Source: Candidatus Latescibacterota bacterium (GTDB lineage Bacteria; Latescibacterota; UBA2968; SICM01). Taken from it: a stretch of 64,000 bases of DNA. Shown here one piece after another: positions 9,766 to 20,754 of this stretch; the first letter of the stretch is position 1; the number at the start of each line of letters is the position of its first letter. Where the stretch lies: assembly GCA_965217865.1 (NCBI GenBank), contig CBDCJO010000002.1:4320001-4384000 (forward strand), in the 5' to 3' direction. Both the position numbers and the translations under genes were made by a program. A model generated the notes under the pieces. The model did no database searches. It was given only the letters and a program-made list of their open reading frames with translations, and had not been told where the DNA came from.

Positions 9766-12700
9766 AACGCGCTCTTTCCGAGAGGTAGCCGGAGAGGTTT
9801 TCTCAACCCCCGTTGTCGGATCCGCGGAGCTGGTTGTGGACTTTTCGGGGCGGGACTATGAACTGATCCTCTATGCCCTGAAGACCGAGGAGGACACATC
9901 TAAAACATTCGCGTTTTCGGTCACTCCACCCGGGGCTGCGAAGATCGCATTCTCCCGAGCTTTCGTCCCGCTGAGCGCGGATGGCCGGGATCAAGCCGAA
10001 TGGAAATTGCGGGTCGAAGAGCAGCGGATTGCGGAAATGCTTCGCATGAATCCGTTAACCGCGCCAAAGCCGAGTGCAGCTCAGCTTCCGTCAATCGGGA
10101 GCCAGAGGCAGTTCGTCTTCGGAAAGTTTGGCGGGGTCGAGAAGGATGTCACTGTCACGGCCACCCTCGTCGCTTCCAGCAGCAAGGCCCTGGCCTATAT
10201 GGACACAGGGAACCAGACCGCGCTGGAGGAAACCCCGGTGACGACCGAGCAGATCCAGGCCATGGTGGATGAATTCTCCGGGACCACCTATCCCCAGGTC
10301 ACTTCCGTCTTCGGGTCCGAATCGGACGTGGACGGAGACGGGAGCGTCCTGTTTCTATTCACGCCCCTTGTCAATCAGGTTGGGGGTGTCGCCGGGTTCT
10401 ACTCGTCGTCGTCCGCCATACCCGAGAACAATGGGGGCAACGGCAATTTGAGCGACATGATGTACATCTCCCCGGACCAAGGGTTGAACTTCTACCGTTC
10501 GCTCCTGGCGCACGAGTTCCAGCATCTGATCAGTTTTAACCAGCACGTCCTCCTCCGTCCGGGCGGGGATTCCGAGGCATCCTGGTTGAACGAAGGCATG
10601 TCCCACGTGACCGAGGATCTGGTCGGGGAACACACGGCAGGGGGGAACGCCGACCTGGTCGAGACCTATCTGGCCCATCCCGAGCGATTTTCCCTGACGG
10701 GAGATGCCCTCCTGAACCATGGCATCCGCGGTGCAGCCTATCTGTTTCTCCGTGGGCTGGTCGAAGTGAACGGTCAGGGGGTCCTGACCGACCTGAGCCA
10801 GACGGATCAGATCGGTACTGCGAACGTTGAGGCCGCGACAGGCCAGACGTTTGCCGATCTCTACCAACAGTGGGTGTCACGGCTTTTTCTGAGCGGGACG
10901 AAGCTCAACGCGGATCCGGCCCTGAACTATACGTTCTCGTTTTTCACGGAGACGACGACGGGCTTGAGGGCGATCCGTCCACCTCGAGAAGATGCCCTGA
11001 TGCCGGGGGGGACTCCCCTTTCCGGATCGCTTCGGCAGACCGGCGCGACCTTTATTCGATTGACAGGTTCCGGGGCTTCTTCGAGGTTTCAGATCTCTGC
11101 CGATTCCGAGGGGGATGTCCACGCACTCGTGGTCCCCGTCCCCAAGGCCTTTCGGCCGCAGCTCGTGGCCCCTTGTCGATTTCTTTGAATCGCTCGTACT
11201 CGACGAACCGTTATCCTCAAATCAGACGGTCGGAGCCGGGTTCACGATCTCCGGCGAGGTTACGGATCCATCCGTCTCCAGGCTTCTCCTGAGCTTCGCA
11301 CGTACCGATGGCGCAGACACACTCAAGCTTGAGGCGGAAGTCGCCGGGGGTCGATTTTCCCGTCCGGTTGTGTTCGCCCCTTCGCAATCGGGGACCTATG
11401 TGCTGTCCCCATTCCTGTTTCGAGAGGGTCCGTTGTTCGATGGGACAAACGCCTTCGGTCCCATCGTCCTGGGACCGAACCCCACAGGTGAAGTGGTTCT
11501 ACCGGCAGATTTTTTCGCGGGCTTGAAATTCGACAATCCGCTCTCCGCCAGGCAGGTCTCGGGAGAAGGTTTTACGATATCGGGGGTGGCGGAGGATCCT
11601 TCGATTCAGGAGGTGCTTTTCAGGTTTGTCCGAGTCGGTTCTTCCGACACTCTCCGATTCACCGCCACGATCGAATCGGGGCGTTTCCGGAGGCCGATCA
11701 TATTTACCCCGACGCAGGCCGCGACCTATCAACTCGAGGTCTTCGGACTGAGGAGCGGAGCTTCGTTTGACATTATCGACGAGTTCTCCGAGTTCGTTGT
11801 GGAGAGGGGATTGACAGACGACATTATTCTTCCCCCCGATTTTTTCGCGAGTTTGAAACTCGACAACCCGCTCTCGGCCAGGCAGGTCTCGGGAGAAGGT
11901 TTTACGATATCGGGGGTGGCGGAGGATCCTTCGATTCAGGAGGTGCTGTTCAGGTTTGTCCGAGTCGGTCCAGCCGACACACTCAAATTCTTCGCCACGA
12001 TCGAATCGGGGCGTTTCCGGAGGCCGATCATATTTACCCCGACGCAGGCCGCGACCTACCAACTCGAAGTCTTCGGACTGAGGAGCGGACCGTTATTCGA
12101 TTTTATCGACGGGTTCCCCGAGTTCGTTGTGGAGAGGGGATTGACAGACGACCTTATCCTTCCCCCCGATTTTTTCAAGGGGATCACCTTCGATGCCCCA
12201 TTTCCGGCCACGATCACAGCGGGATTGGGTCTCAGGCTCTCGGGCAACGTATCAGACGGGGCGGCCACCGAGATGCTGATTCAGTTTGCCCCGGTGCAGG
12301 GATCGCCGATCCAGTTCGTGCTGGACATTGATAACGGGGGCTTCATTCAAGACATCGTTTTCGCCCCTGATCAGGCGGGAACTTATACAGCCAATTTTTT
12401 CCTAAGCTCAGGACAATCTTTCACCTTCGTCGATGGGTTTGAGCCCGTGACTATACAGGTCGTACCTGGTGTAAAAGTCTCAATTCCCGTCGGATTTTTC
12501 TCTGGCCTGACCCTGGATGCGCCTTTCCAGGCCGATCAGTTCGTGGGGAGGAGCGCTCCCTTTTCCGGATCGGTTGCGGACCCTGCCAACACACAACTGG
12601 CCGTCCAGTTCCAGTCCCTAGACGGGGGGGAGGACATTCCGACCGTCTTTTTCGATGTCACCAACAGCATCTTCAGCCAGGATCTTTCTTTCTCGCAGGC

Positions 12701-14078
12701 CGGCAAATTTCAAATGGTGGTGTTTGCGGGGGTGAAGGGCGAGCAGATCTCCTCCATCGGCAATTTCGACGGGATCCAGGTCCGCACGGGTCAACCCGAT
12801 CTCGCGCTCACGGCCATCAGGCTGGACTTCGGGGAGGTTCCGGCCGGGGGTTCTGCTGAAAGATCCCTCACGATTCACAATCGCGGAACCCAGACGCTGT
12901 CCGTCACCGATGTGGTGGCCTCCTCCTCCCTCCTGACCGTTTCCCCACGCACAGCATCCATCGCAGCGGGTGACAGCTCCGGATTCCTGGTGGTTTTCCA
13001 GCCGACCGAAGAAGGGGATCTCTCCGCTACCCTGACCGTGATGAGCAACGATCCGGACGAAGGGAGTCTGTCCGTGTCTGCCGTTGCAAGGGCCACAGCG
13101 CGGATCGCTTCCCCTCCAACTCTCGTTGTCTCCCCGGTTCAGCTCGTCTTCGGAGAAGTCGAGGTTGGAACCTCATCCGATCAGGTGGCGATCCTTCGTA
13201 ACACCGGTGACGATACGTTAATAGTAACCGGCATTCAGTTCAGCGGTCCCTTCGAAGCCTTCTTCCCCGCGATTTTTCCACTTTTCCAAATGGCTTCCGG
13301 TGAGAGTGTTTCTGTCCTGGTGACGTTCACGCCTACCGCCCCGGGGGAGGCAACCGGGGTTATGACAGTGTCGAACAACGATCCAGACCGGAGTGAACTC
13401 GGGGTATCGCTTAGCGGGACAGGTGTTGCGGTTTCTGAGCCTCCGGTTTCCCTGACCCCAAAGGACGGAGATGGGACTGCGAGCCTGGGCATCGAGGACC
13501 TTGAGACGAAGTCGCTGGGTGAAGTGAAACCCGGACAGGAGATCGACATTTCGATTGCGTTCAACCAGGAAGTGGAAGCGTCCACGGGGTTTGGTGTGGT
13601 TCTGACGTTTGATCCTGAAAAGCTTTCCGTGGATTCCGGTGTGGGAGATGGCGTTTTTGCCGCGGCTATCACACTTCCCCCTCAGGTCGAAGACAGCACC
13701 GTTGAGTTCGGCGGTTCATTTTTGGGCCAATCCACGACCGCGGCAGGGCCCGTGGCCGTGTTGACCTTCGTGGCGGTCGAGGGCTTTTCCGGGGAGACGG
13801 AGATCGAGTTAACGGAACTGTCGATCAAGTTCTCCGGGGGGAGCAGCGACTTTACACCGGGTGCGTCAGTGGTGCTCAGCAGCGAGGTTTTGGGCGGAGG
13901 TGAACCGTCGGCGGACTTTACCGGAGATGGAAAGGTAGACTTCGATGACTTCTTCGAGTTTGCCGCTGCGTTCGGACAATCGGCGACCGGGGCGTTCTCC
14001 AGGTTCGACCTGGACGGGGCGGGAGAGACGATCGATTTCAACGACTTCTTTGTGTTTGCAGCGGCGTTTGGAAAATGA
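9755..14078 (+). pseudogene. Large secreted-type M30-like metallopeptidase with ~110-aa repeats, two choice-of-anchor-D/HYDIN Ig domains, cohesin-like domain and dockerin/EF-hand tail; single frameshift near 11174 (may be a sequencing error)
   Basis: ORF1 has DVDGDG, AHEFQH, WLNEGMSH. Removing one T in GCCCCTTGTCGAT joins LVAP to VDFFESL, which matches the repeat consensus xPxDFFxxL. ORF2 has LDFGEV...SNDPD twice and ADFTGDGKVDFDDFFEFAAAFG. Confidence 0.8.
11500..12175 (+). repeat. Near-identical intragenic tandem duplication, 330-bp unit
   Basis: GACAATCCGCTCTCCGCCAGGCAGG at 11532 versus GACAACCCGCTCTCGGCCAGGCAGG at 11862, with long identical stretches. Confidence 0.92.
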
Positions 14079-14104
14079 CGAGAACGGAAAATGGAAAGTG
14101 CTAA

Positions 14105-15121
14105 GTGGATATTGGAAAATTCTCTCGAGCCCTCATCATCCGATCCGGCTCCCTCGGGGACTTCATCCTGACCCTTCCGGCGATTCATGCCTTGCGGGAG
14201 GCCTGTCCGGGGGCGCACATCGAGATCATCGGAAGGCCTTCGGTGATCGAGATCGCTCACAAGCGTCACTATGCTGACGAGATCCGATCAATGGACCGGT
14301 CGGACTTCGCTCCGCTGTTTGCCCAGGACGGCGAACCCTCTCGAAAGGTTTCCGCCTATCTGGCCGGTTTCGATATGCTCCTTTCTTATCTCCCGGACGG
14401 AGATCGGGTGTTTCAGCGCTCCCTTCAACGGATCGGGATTCAGCGCCTCCTCTGGGGAGATGCGGATCCGGGAGCGAAGAATGGTCGGCACGTTGTCGAT
14501 ATTTTATCAGAGCCGGTATCGAACGCCGGAATCGCGATTCGGGATCGTACCCCTCGGTTGTACACGAATAACGACGACCGTCGAGAGGCGGAAAGTTTCC
14601 TTGTGGGGAACGGTATCGGGACTTCGGACCCATTCTTCGTCGTCCACCCCGGCAGCGGAGGGTTAAGAAAATGTTGGTCCCCCCATCGGTTTGCTCAAAC
14701 CGCAGACGAGTTGGCTCGGGATACCGGCTCGAAAGTCGTTATCCCGACCGGTCCAGCGGATGATGATGCAACAGAGCGGATGGTTTCGGCCATGGAGACG
14801 AAACCCGTTGTCGCCGCGGGTCTATCGCTTCCGGTTCTGTCCGGATTGCTCGGACGCTGTCGTGTCTACATCGGGAACGACTCCGGGGTCTCACACCTGG
14901 CAGCGGCTTCTGGGGCGCCCGTGGTCGCGTTGTTCGGACCGACCGATCCCCGGGTCTGGGGGCCGAGGGGGATCTGTGTCCGGATCGTTCAGGGGGATCC
15001 AGATCTTCTTCCGGAAAGGAGGCTGATGGGGATCCGGACGGAAGAGGTCGTTCGGGCCGTATTGGAAGTTTGGAAATCCACTGAAAATGAGGATGCGATC
15101 CAACATGGATCAAGATCATAA
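14105..15121 (+). CDS. Glycosyltransferase family 9 (heptosyltransferase-like)
   Basis: IIRSGSLGDFILTLP, HPGSGG..KCW, IGNDSGVSHLAAA, LFGPTDP. Confidence 0.92.
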   Translation: MDIGKFSRALIIRSGSLGDFILTLPAIHALREACPGAHIEIIGRPSVIEIAHKRHYADEIRSMDRSDFAPLFAQDGEPSRKVSAYLAGFDMLLSYLPDGDRVFQRSLQRIGIQRLLWGDADPGAKNGRHVVDILSEPVSNAGIAIRDRTPRLYTNNDDRREAESFLVGNGIGTSDPFFVVHPGSGGLRKCWSPHRFAQTADELARDTGSKVVIPTGPADDDATERMVSAMETKPVVAAGLSLPVLSGLLGRCRVYIGNDSGVSHLAAASGAPVVALFGPTDPRVWGPRGICVRIVQGDPDLLPERRLMGIRTEEVVRAVLEVWKSTENEDAIQHGSRS

Positions 15122-15443
15122 GGGTCATCTTCGTCACATCTCAGATGCCATCCAACAGATCGAAGAATATTTAAAGGATGCATCCCTGGATCAGTTTTTG
15201 CGCGACCGACTTCTCCAGGACGGTGTCGTCCGCCAGTTGGAAATCATGGATGAAGCCAGTCGAAAACTTCCGGATGACTTTCGCAATCATCATTCCGAAG
15301 TTTCCTGGAGTTTGATTATCGGTGTTAAAGATAGAATCGTTCACGAATACTTCGACCTGAACCTGCGGGTTGTGTGGGAGTTTGTGCAGAACCATCTTCC
15401 GTCTCTGAAGCAGAATGTGGCGCGCATCTCTGAATCTTCATAA
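15105..15443 (+). CDS. DUF86/HepT-like HEPN ribonuclease domain protein (orphan)
   Basis: LLQDGVVRQLEIMDEA...W..IIGVKDRIVHEYFDLNLRVVWE...LP.LK pattern. Confidence 0.85.
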   Translation: MDQDHKGHLRHISDAIQQIEEYLKDASLDQFLRDRLLQDGVVRQLEIMDEASRKLPDDFRNHHSEVSWSLIIGVKDRIVHEYFDLNLRVVWEFVQNHLPSLKQNVARISESS

Positions 15444-15448
15444 TAGGA

Positions 15449-16363
15449 TTGGAAACTACCGTGGGAAACCTGGGCTTGGACGAAATTCGCGCAAGGATTA
15501 AAGGGCCCGTCTGTTCTTTTGCGACGCCGTTTACCCGAAAAGGTGACATCGATGAAGAGGCGGCACGCCGGATCGTCGATCGCGCGATTTCAGGCGGGTC
15601 GGACATCGTGCTGCTAACCCTGGGGGACAGCCTTTTCACCATCCTGTCGGATGATGAGATCTTCCGGCTCACCAAGCTTGTGGTGGAACACGTCGCCGGT
15701 CGTGCGCTGGTCGTGGCTGCTGACAATATGTGGTGGACGGGGAAGCTTCTGGAATTTGCGGGTTATTGCCGTGAGCTTGGTGTAGATATCCTGATGATCC
15801 GCCCCCCGGACTGGGGAAAACCCACACCGGAGAGCCTTGCCGCACACTACGCCGCAGCCGCGGAGGTGATGCCTGTCATGCTCGTAGGGATGCCGCCGAT
15901 TAAAACCCTCGAAATTCTTGCGAACAGCAGTCCGGGGGTGGTCGCGTTCAAGGAGGACATGGATCTCCCTTACTCCTCTCGGGTCTCCAGGACGTACGGG
16001 GACCGATGGCCGATGATCGGTGGGGGGAGTAAGGAACGGCACTTGATGCTCTGGCCGGCAGGGGTGAAGGCGAATTTCTCCTTATTTATCCTGTGGGCGC
16101 CGGAAGTGACGCAAACCTACTGGAAGGCCCTGGATCAGGAGGACTTGAAGGAGGCCAACCGAATCGTCGACACGTACGAGGCCCCGTTCTTCCGGATGGG
16201 GGGGACGTTTCCCGGCGGATTGGACGGCCAAATTCACTGCGCGAATGAGCTGTTTGGTGCTTCAGAGAGATGGCGCAGGCCTCCTTACATCAGTGCGGAG
16301 GGCGAGGCCTTCGAGAATTTGCGGGGATTCTTTCAAGACCTGGGTCTGCTGAAAGGGAAATGA
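15449..16363 (+). CDS. Dihydrodipicolinate synthase (DapA)-like class I aldolase family protein
   Basis: TPFTRKGDIDEE, LSDDE, ELGVD..MIRPP, Schiff-base Lys in AFKED. Confidence 0.78.
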   Translation: METTVGNLGLDEIRARIKGPVCSFATPFTRKGDIDEEAARRIVDRAISGGSDIVLLTLGDSLFTILSDDEIFRLTKLVVEHVAGRALVVAADNMWWTGKLLEFAGYCRELGVDILMIRPPDWGKPTPESLAAHYAAAAEVMPVMLVGMPPIKTLEILANSSPGVVAFKEDMDLPYSSRVSRTYGDRWPMIGGGSKERHLMLWPAGVKANFSLFILWAPEVTQTYWKALDQEDLKEANRIVDTYEAPFFRMGGTFPGGLDGQIHCANELFGASERWRRPPYISAEGEAFENLRGFFQDLGLLKGK

Positions 16364-16463
16364 GAAGGGCCGGTGCCGAGAGTGCCGATTTATTGAACCG
16401 GTGAAGGGGAGCGGTAAATAGATTGCCGCTCCCTTTCTCCGGTTCTTTTATTCAGAGGCGTTC

Positions 16464-17866
16464 GTGTTTTTATTCCGAAGAGAATCGTGGACCCGGGAGG
16501 GGGGATACCGGGAGGTGCTCAAGATCGCCCTGCCCATGGTCATTGGGACTGGGTCGTGGAGTTTTCAGCAATTCATCGAGCGGGTGTTCCTCACATGGCA
16601 TTCTCCCGAGGCTGTCGCGGCGGCCATGCCCTCGGCTTTGGTCAGTTTTATGTTTATAAGCCTGTTTCTGGGCACAGTAACCTACGCCAATACCTTCGTA
16701 GCGCAGTACAAGGGGGCATCCCAGGAACACCGTGTCGGGGCTTCAGTCTGGCAGGCGATCCATTTGTCGATTTTCGCGGGAATCCTGATGATTTGTCTGA
16801 TTCCCCTTGGAGAAACGATATTTGAATTTGCCGGACACGACCCCGGCGTCCGGCGAATGGAGGTCGTATATTTCCAGATTCTCTGCATCGGTGCGGCCCC
16901 CACGCTCGTCAGTTCCGCCGCTTCGACTCTATTCACCGGCCTAGGGAGGACCAAAGTCGTGATGTGGGTCAATCTCTTCTTCGCGGGCGTGTTCAACACC
17001 ATTCTGAGCTGGGCGTGGATATTTGGGAAATGGGGTCTCCCGGAATGGGGAATCCGGGGCGCAGGATGGGCGACGGTCTCATCCCACGTCGCCTCTTCGG
17101 TCGTATTTCTTGCCCTGATGTCAATGCCGCATTACAGGAAGACCTACCATACCTTGAAGGCGTGGCGCCCAGACCCAGCACTTTTCCGCCGCCTGTTGCG
17201 TTTCGGACTCCCGAGCGGGGTGCAGTTCAGTCTGGACATCGGGGCCTTTTCGATTTTCCTCCTGATGGTCGGTCGGTTCGGGACCGCCTCCCTGGCCGCG
17301 ACGAATATCGCGTTCAACATCAGTGCCCTCTCCTTTATGCCGATGCTTGGCCTGGCATCGCCATCTCCACACTGGTCGGTCAGCGCCTGGGACAGAACCA
17401 GCCGGACGTGGCGGAGAGGAGCGCGATATCGGGAGTCCGCGTGGCCTATTTCTACATGGGAAGCCTCGCCGCAGCTTATGTGACGCTTCCGGATCTTTTT
17501 CTCTTTCCATTCGCAATGGGTGCAGATCCGGAGGCCTTTGAAAGCGTTCGCGAACTTACTGTTATCCTACTCCGGTTCGTCGCGATCTACTGCCTGTTCG
17601 ATGCGATGTTCCTGACCTACGCATCCGCGATCAAGGGGGCAGGCGATACCCGGTTCGTCCTGATCGTCACCCTGGCCCTCGGATGGGGAGTCATGGCGAT
17701 ACCATCCTATGCGGCGTGGCAGTTGGGTTTCGGGTTGTATGCGATCTGGGGGGCCTTGACTGTCTATATCGTGGCGGCCGGAACGGTCTGTATGTTAAGA
17801 TTCCGGGGGGGGAAATGGAAGTCGATGCGCGTGATCGAGGAGGTGCCGATGGAAATGTCAAAGTGA
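16464..17866 (+). pseudogene. MATE family efflux transporter, frameshifted near 17354 (likely missing G)
   Basis: IALPMVI, TFVAQYKGA, GLPSG in the first frame and IAISTLVGQRLG, GAGDTRF, FRGGKW in the second. CTG GGC ATC restores MPMLGLGIAIST. Confidence 0.85.
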
Positions 17867-17894
17867 AAAATAGAAGATGGAAATTGCAAAGTCA

Positions 17895-18869
17895 TCACGC
17901 TGAAGTGGCGCACAGGATGCGCCAGATGCCATCCTCGCCGCTGGCCTCATAGAACATCTTGTAACGTTCGTCCCTAAGGCGCGCGATGCATGGCTCCGAG
18001 CACTTGATGCGATCCCAACGGCCTCCGAAGACGATGTTGGGCTCCCGGTCCTTGGTCCAGTCCAGTCCATTTTCAGATACCGCGCTGAAGATTCGACCGC
18101 GGACGGGGTCCGAACTCCACCCTGCATAGTAGATACGATAGGTTCCGTCACCCAGGCGCAAGACCTCGGGGGCGTAGACTGAATAGGACTCCAGATCGCT
18201 TTCCTGGGCGATTCGCACTCCGCCCTCTCGCTCGAAATGAAGGCCATCTTCCGAGATGGCACTGATGATGTGATTGCTGGAGGAGACCCCGGGCTTCATG
18301 GGGAACGAGTAACTGTGAAAATAGAGGCGGTATTGAAAGCTTCGATCATCCGACATTGAATCAAGATACACGCAACGCGGTGATCCATAGGCATTCACCC
18401 CGTCTCCATATCGCACACCACCCTCAGGTTCCCAGACAAGCCCATCCTCCGATATCGCACTAAGGACTGCACTTGGACCGTTGAAGGGTTGCCCCTCGAA
18501 GTACATCCGTAGGCCACCCCCTGGCAGCGGAACTACATCAGGGCAAACGACCCTTAGGCCCGCGTGAGGCGGATGGGGTTCAAGGCGAAATCCCGGCTCT
18601 TGTTCCCATACATCCCCGTCGTCTGAATAAGCGCTCAAGATGCGGCCAGGGGAATCTCCGTAGTCCATTCCGGGTCCGGACTCTGTGTAGTAGATTCTGA
18701 ATCCGCCACCCGATCGTTCGACGACGTTAGGGGTTATGATTCTCCACATTCCTGAAGGCTCTCGGACGTCGATCACGATATCCGGATTCTTCAACCACTT
18801 GGTGCCGGGATCCATAGGCTGGTAATGAACGGATTTCCAGCCGATGAAGTTTTTGGGAGGGCAAGCCAT
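17895..18869 (-). CDS. Five-bladed beta-propeller glycoside hydrolase-like (GH32/43/130-like) protein
   Basis: Four or more repeats of Y...(R)I.SA.S.DG..W..E. Confidence 0.65.
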   Translation of the reverse strand: MACPPKNFIGWKSVHYQPMDPGTKWLKNPDIVIDVREPSGMWRIITPNVVERSGGGFRIYYTESGPGMDYGDSPGRILSAYSDDGDVWEQEPGFRLEPHPPHAGLRVVCPDVVPLPGGGLRMYFEGQPFNGPSAVLSAISEDGLVWEPEGGVRYGDGVNAYGSPRCVYLDSMSDDRSFQYRLYFHSYSFPMKPGVSSSNHIISAISEDGLHFEREGGVRIAQESDLESYSVYAPEVLRLGDGTYRIYYAGWSSDPVRGRIFSAVSENGLDWTKDREPNIVFGGRWDRIKCSEPCIARLRDERYKMFYEASGEDGIWRILCATSA

Positions 18870-18970
18870 AACAGTTTGAGTACTTCTAATAGGCCCTCGA
18901 CGTCTGGTGACGTGTAAAAGAATTAGCCTTGACGAAGGCCTCGATAGGTAATGGGATAGTCCCTTAGATT

Positions 18971-19082
18971 TGTGGGACCCGACTCCAGTCGGGGAATAAG
19001 GGCATCAACCAAAGGAAAGTCCATTGTTGAATGGATCCTGGCCCTACAGAGCCAAGTTCCCGGTCTGGAGACCGGTCCCACA
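18971..19082. repeat. Inverted REP pair (REPIN-like), family D
   Basis: TGTGGGACCCGACTCCAGTCGGGGAA versus reverse complement of TTCCCGGTCTGGAGACCGGTCCCACA: 22/26 identical, and the 4 differences are compensatory in the internal hairpin. Confidence 0.8.
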
Positions 19083-19154
19083 ACTTGTGGCCATATAAGG
19101 CCAAGGGGTTTTGGGGCTGAGCGTAGTGAGCCTTTGAATTATGACACTCAACCG

Positions 19155-19231
19155 ATCTTCCCCTCTCCCGGCACCCGGGAGAGGGGTGGCCGAGCTTGCG
19201 AGGTGGGGTGAGGGAGCACGACGGCGTTCCA
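19155..19231. repeat. Palindromic REP, family C (CCCCTCTCCC...GGGAGAGGGG)
   Basis: Reverse-complement copy at 55922-55997. Confidence 0.85.
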
Positions 19232-19243
19232 TAGCGATGTGGT

Positions 19244-20317
19244 TCACTCCTTTTCGCTAAACGCCTTCTTGATCGATGACATTCTCCCCTCCTTCAAGGC
19301 ATGTCCCAGACTGAAGACGATTACGCCGGTGGATCCTCTGGCTTCGACCGCTGTTTTCAAAGCCGTGTCGAACTCCGCTTCGGATAGACTGTCAGGTTCG
19401 TTCACGGCCTGGATCACAGGCCATATCGGACGTCCAGTCGTCCCGGAGAGGTCCGCGGTGACCTCCTCGATCCAGGCCACGCTCCGGTCGCACATCCTGT
19501 GATACAGCATCGGAGAGAAGACGTCCACAAAGCGGGATAGGGCTTCATAGTCCTGTCCGATGATTCGTGTGATTGCCCCGTCATAATCATCCCTCCACGG
19601 CACCCCAAAGAGGCCTAGGATTTTATCCTCTCCGAAGTCCTTGACAACATTCCGTGCGTCTTCCACAAATGTCGTGATCTGGTCGCACTTGAAGGCCGTC
19701 CAATCGTCGGGGTGGTTCGACAGAATCCAATCCGCGATTTCCTCCGGTTTGGAAAGCGCAAAGGGGATGCGGATGCCGGTTGACGACTGAAACTTTGATA
19801 CGGTGATCGGGTCGAACGAAGTCTGTTCGATCCTTGGGCGGTGTTCCTCCCAATGACACGGCCAGCGGATGAAGTCGAGCCAGATCCCGTCTAGATCGTG
19901 ATTCGCCATGAGATCACGGATCGCCTTCAACCTTTCAGAACGAACCGCATCGATCGTGGGGGTTACCCCCGCATACCATTTGTCTTTCAGAATGTTAGAT
20001 CCCAATGAAGTGATGGGTCGGCTCTCCGGATATCGCTTCCAGTTCCGTTCGCCGACGAAGATTCCGATCTCCGCGAAGACTTTCATCCCCGCTCGATGGG
20101 CGGCCTTCACGAAATCGGGGTCCTCGTGTCCGCCGAAGATGATGTTCGAGCCCCAACTCTTCAGGATCTCTACGCTTTCTTCGGAGGACTTTCCCTTGAA
20201 TTGAGGAAGTGATTTCGAAAATCCATAAATCGAGCGTGCGCGTTCGGGAATGTCCATGCCGGCAGGAATCCTGGGTAAGATCAGGATGAGAATAATCAGG
20301 AGAGCGATCGCGTTCAT
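19244..20317 (-). CDS. Secreted GHL10 (DUF187)-like glycoside hydrolase
   Basis: Signal peptide MNAIALLIILILIL, AHRAGMKV, DLDGIWLDFIRWP, VDVFSPMLYH. Confidence 0.7.
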   Translation of the reverse strand: MNAIALLIILILILPRIPAGMDIPERARSIYGFSKSLPQFKGKSSEESVEILKSWGSNIIFGGHEDPDFVKAAHRAGMKVFAEIGIFVGERNWKRYPESRPITSLGSNILKDKWYAGVTPTIDAVRSERLKAIRDLMANHDLDGIWLDFIRWPCHWEEHRPRIEQTSFDPITVSKFQSSTGIRIPFALSKPEEIADWILSNHPDDWTAFKCDQITTFVEDARNVVKDFGEDKILGLFGVPWRDDYDGAITRIIGQDYEALSRFVDVFSPMLYHRMCDRSVAWIEEVTADLSGTTGRPIWPVIQAVNEPDSLSEAEFDTALKTAVEARGSTGVIVFSLGHALKEGRMSSIKKAFSEKE

Positions 20318-20399
20318 GGAAATGCAAAATTCAAAATGGAAAAAGAAATGAAAAAAAATGTCTGCTAACATCCCTATCTACAGGATCAAGACCTTCCTG

Positions 20400-20685
20400 G
20401 TTTTTGGTGGAAAGCGAGATTCTGTGAGGCGACGCATCAGCGGGCCAACGGCCCGTGATTCCTTGGCCCAGCCCAACGGGCTGGGTTTGAATGTGGGCGA
20501 GTCGAGCGGGCCAATGGTCCGCGATCCGGATCAATCCCACCCAACCCGTAGAATGAACTAGGATGTGGGACAGAGATTGGGGGATGTGAAGCTATCGCGG
20601 CCTTTCAGGCCGCACGAAGCTCTTGTATTCTACACCGAGGGGGATGCCCTGGGTTGAGGGATAACGCGCCGTTGGCGCTGAAAAG
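20400..20685. repeat. REP-like element, family B (second copy)
   Basis: Homologous to 2041-2285 with an extra CCCAGCCCAACGGGCTGGG hairpin. Confidence 0.8.
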
Positions 20686-20754
20686 AAGACGCTGACTTCT
20701 GACATCCTTCCCCTGAAAGAGGCACCAAGTGCAAGGCTGATTCTGTAACAAGAT

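Noticed and set aside
11160-11190. Programmed frameshifting in the peptidase (also MATE and yjbQ)
   Set aside because: No slippery heptamer or stimulatory structure is evident; 1-bp indels are better explained by error or mutation.
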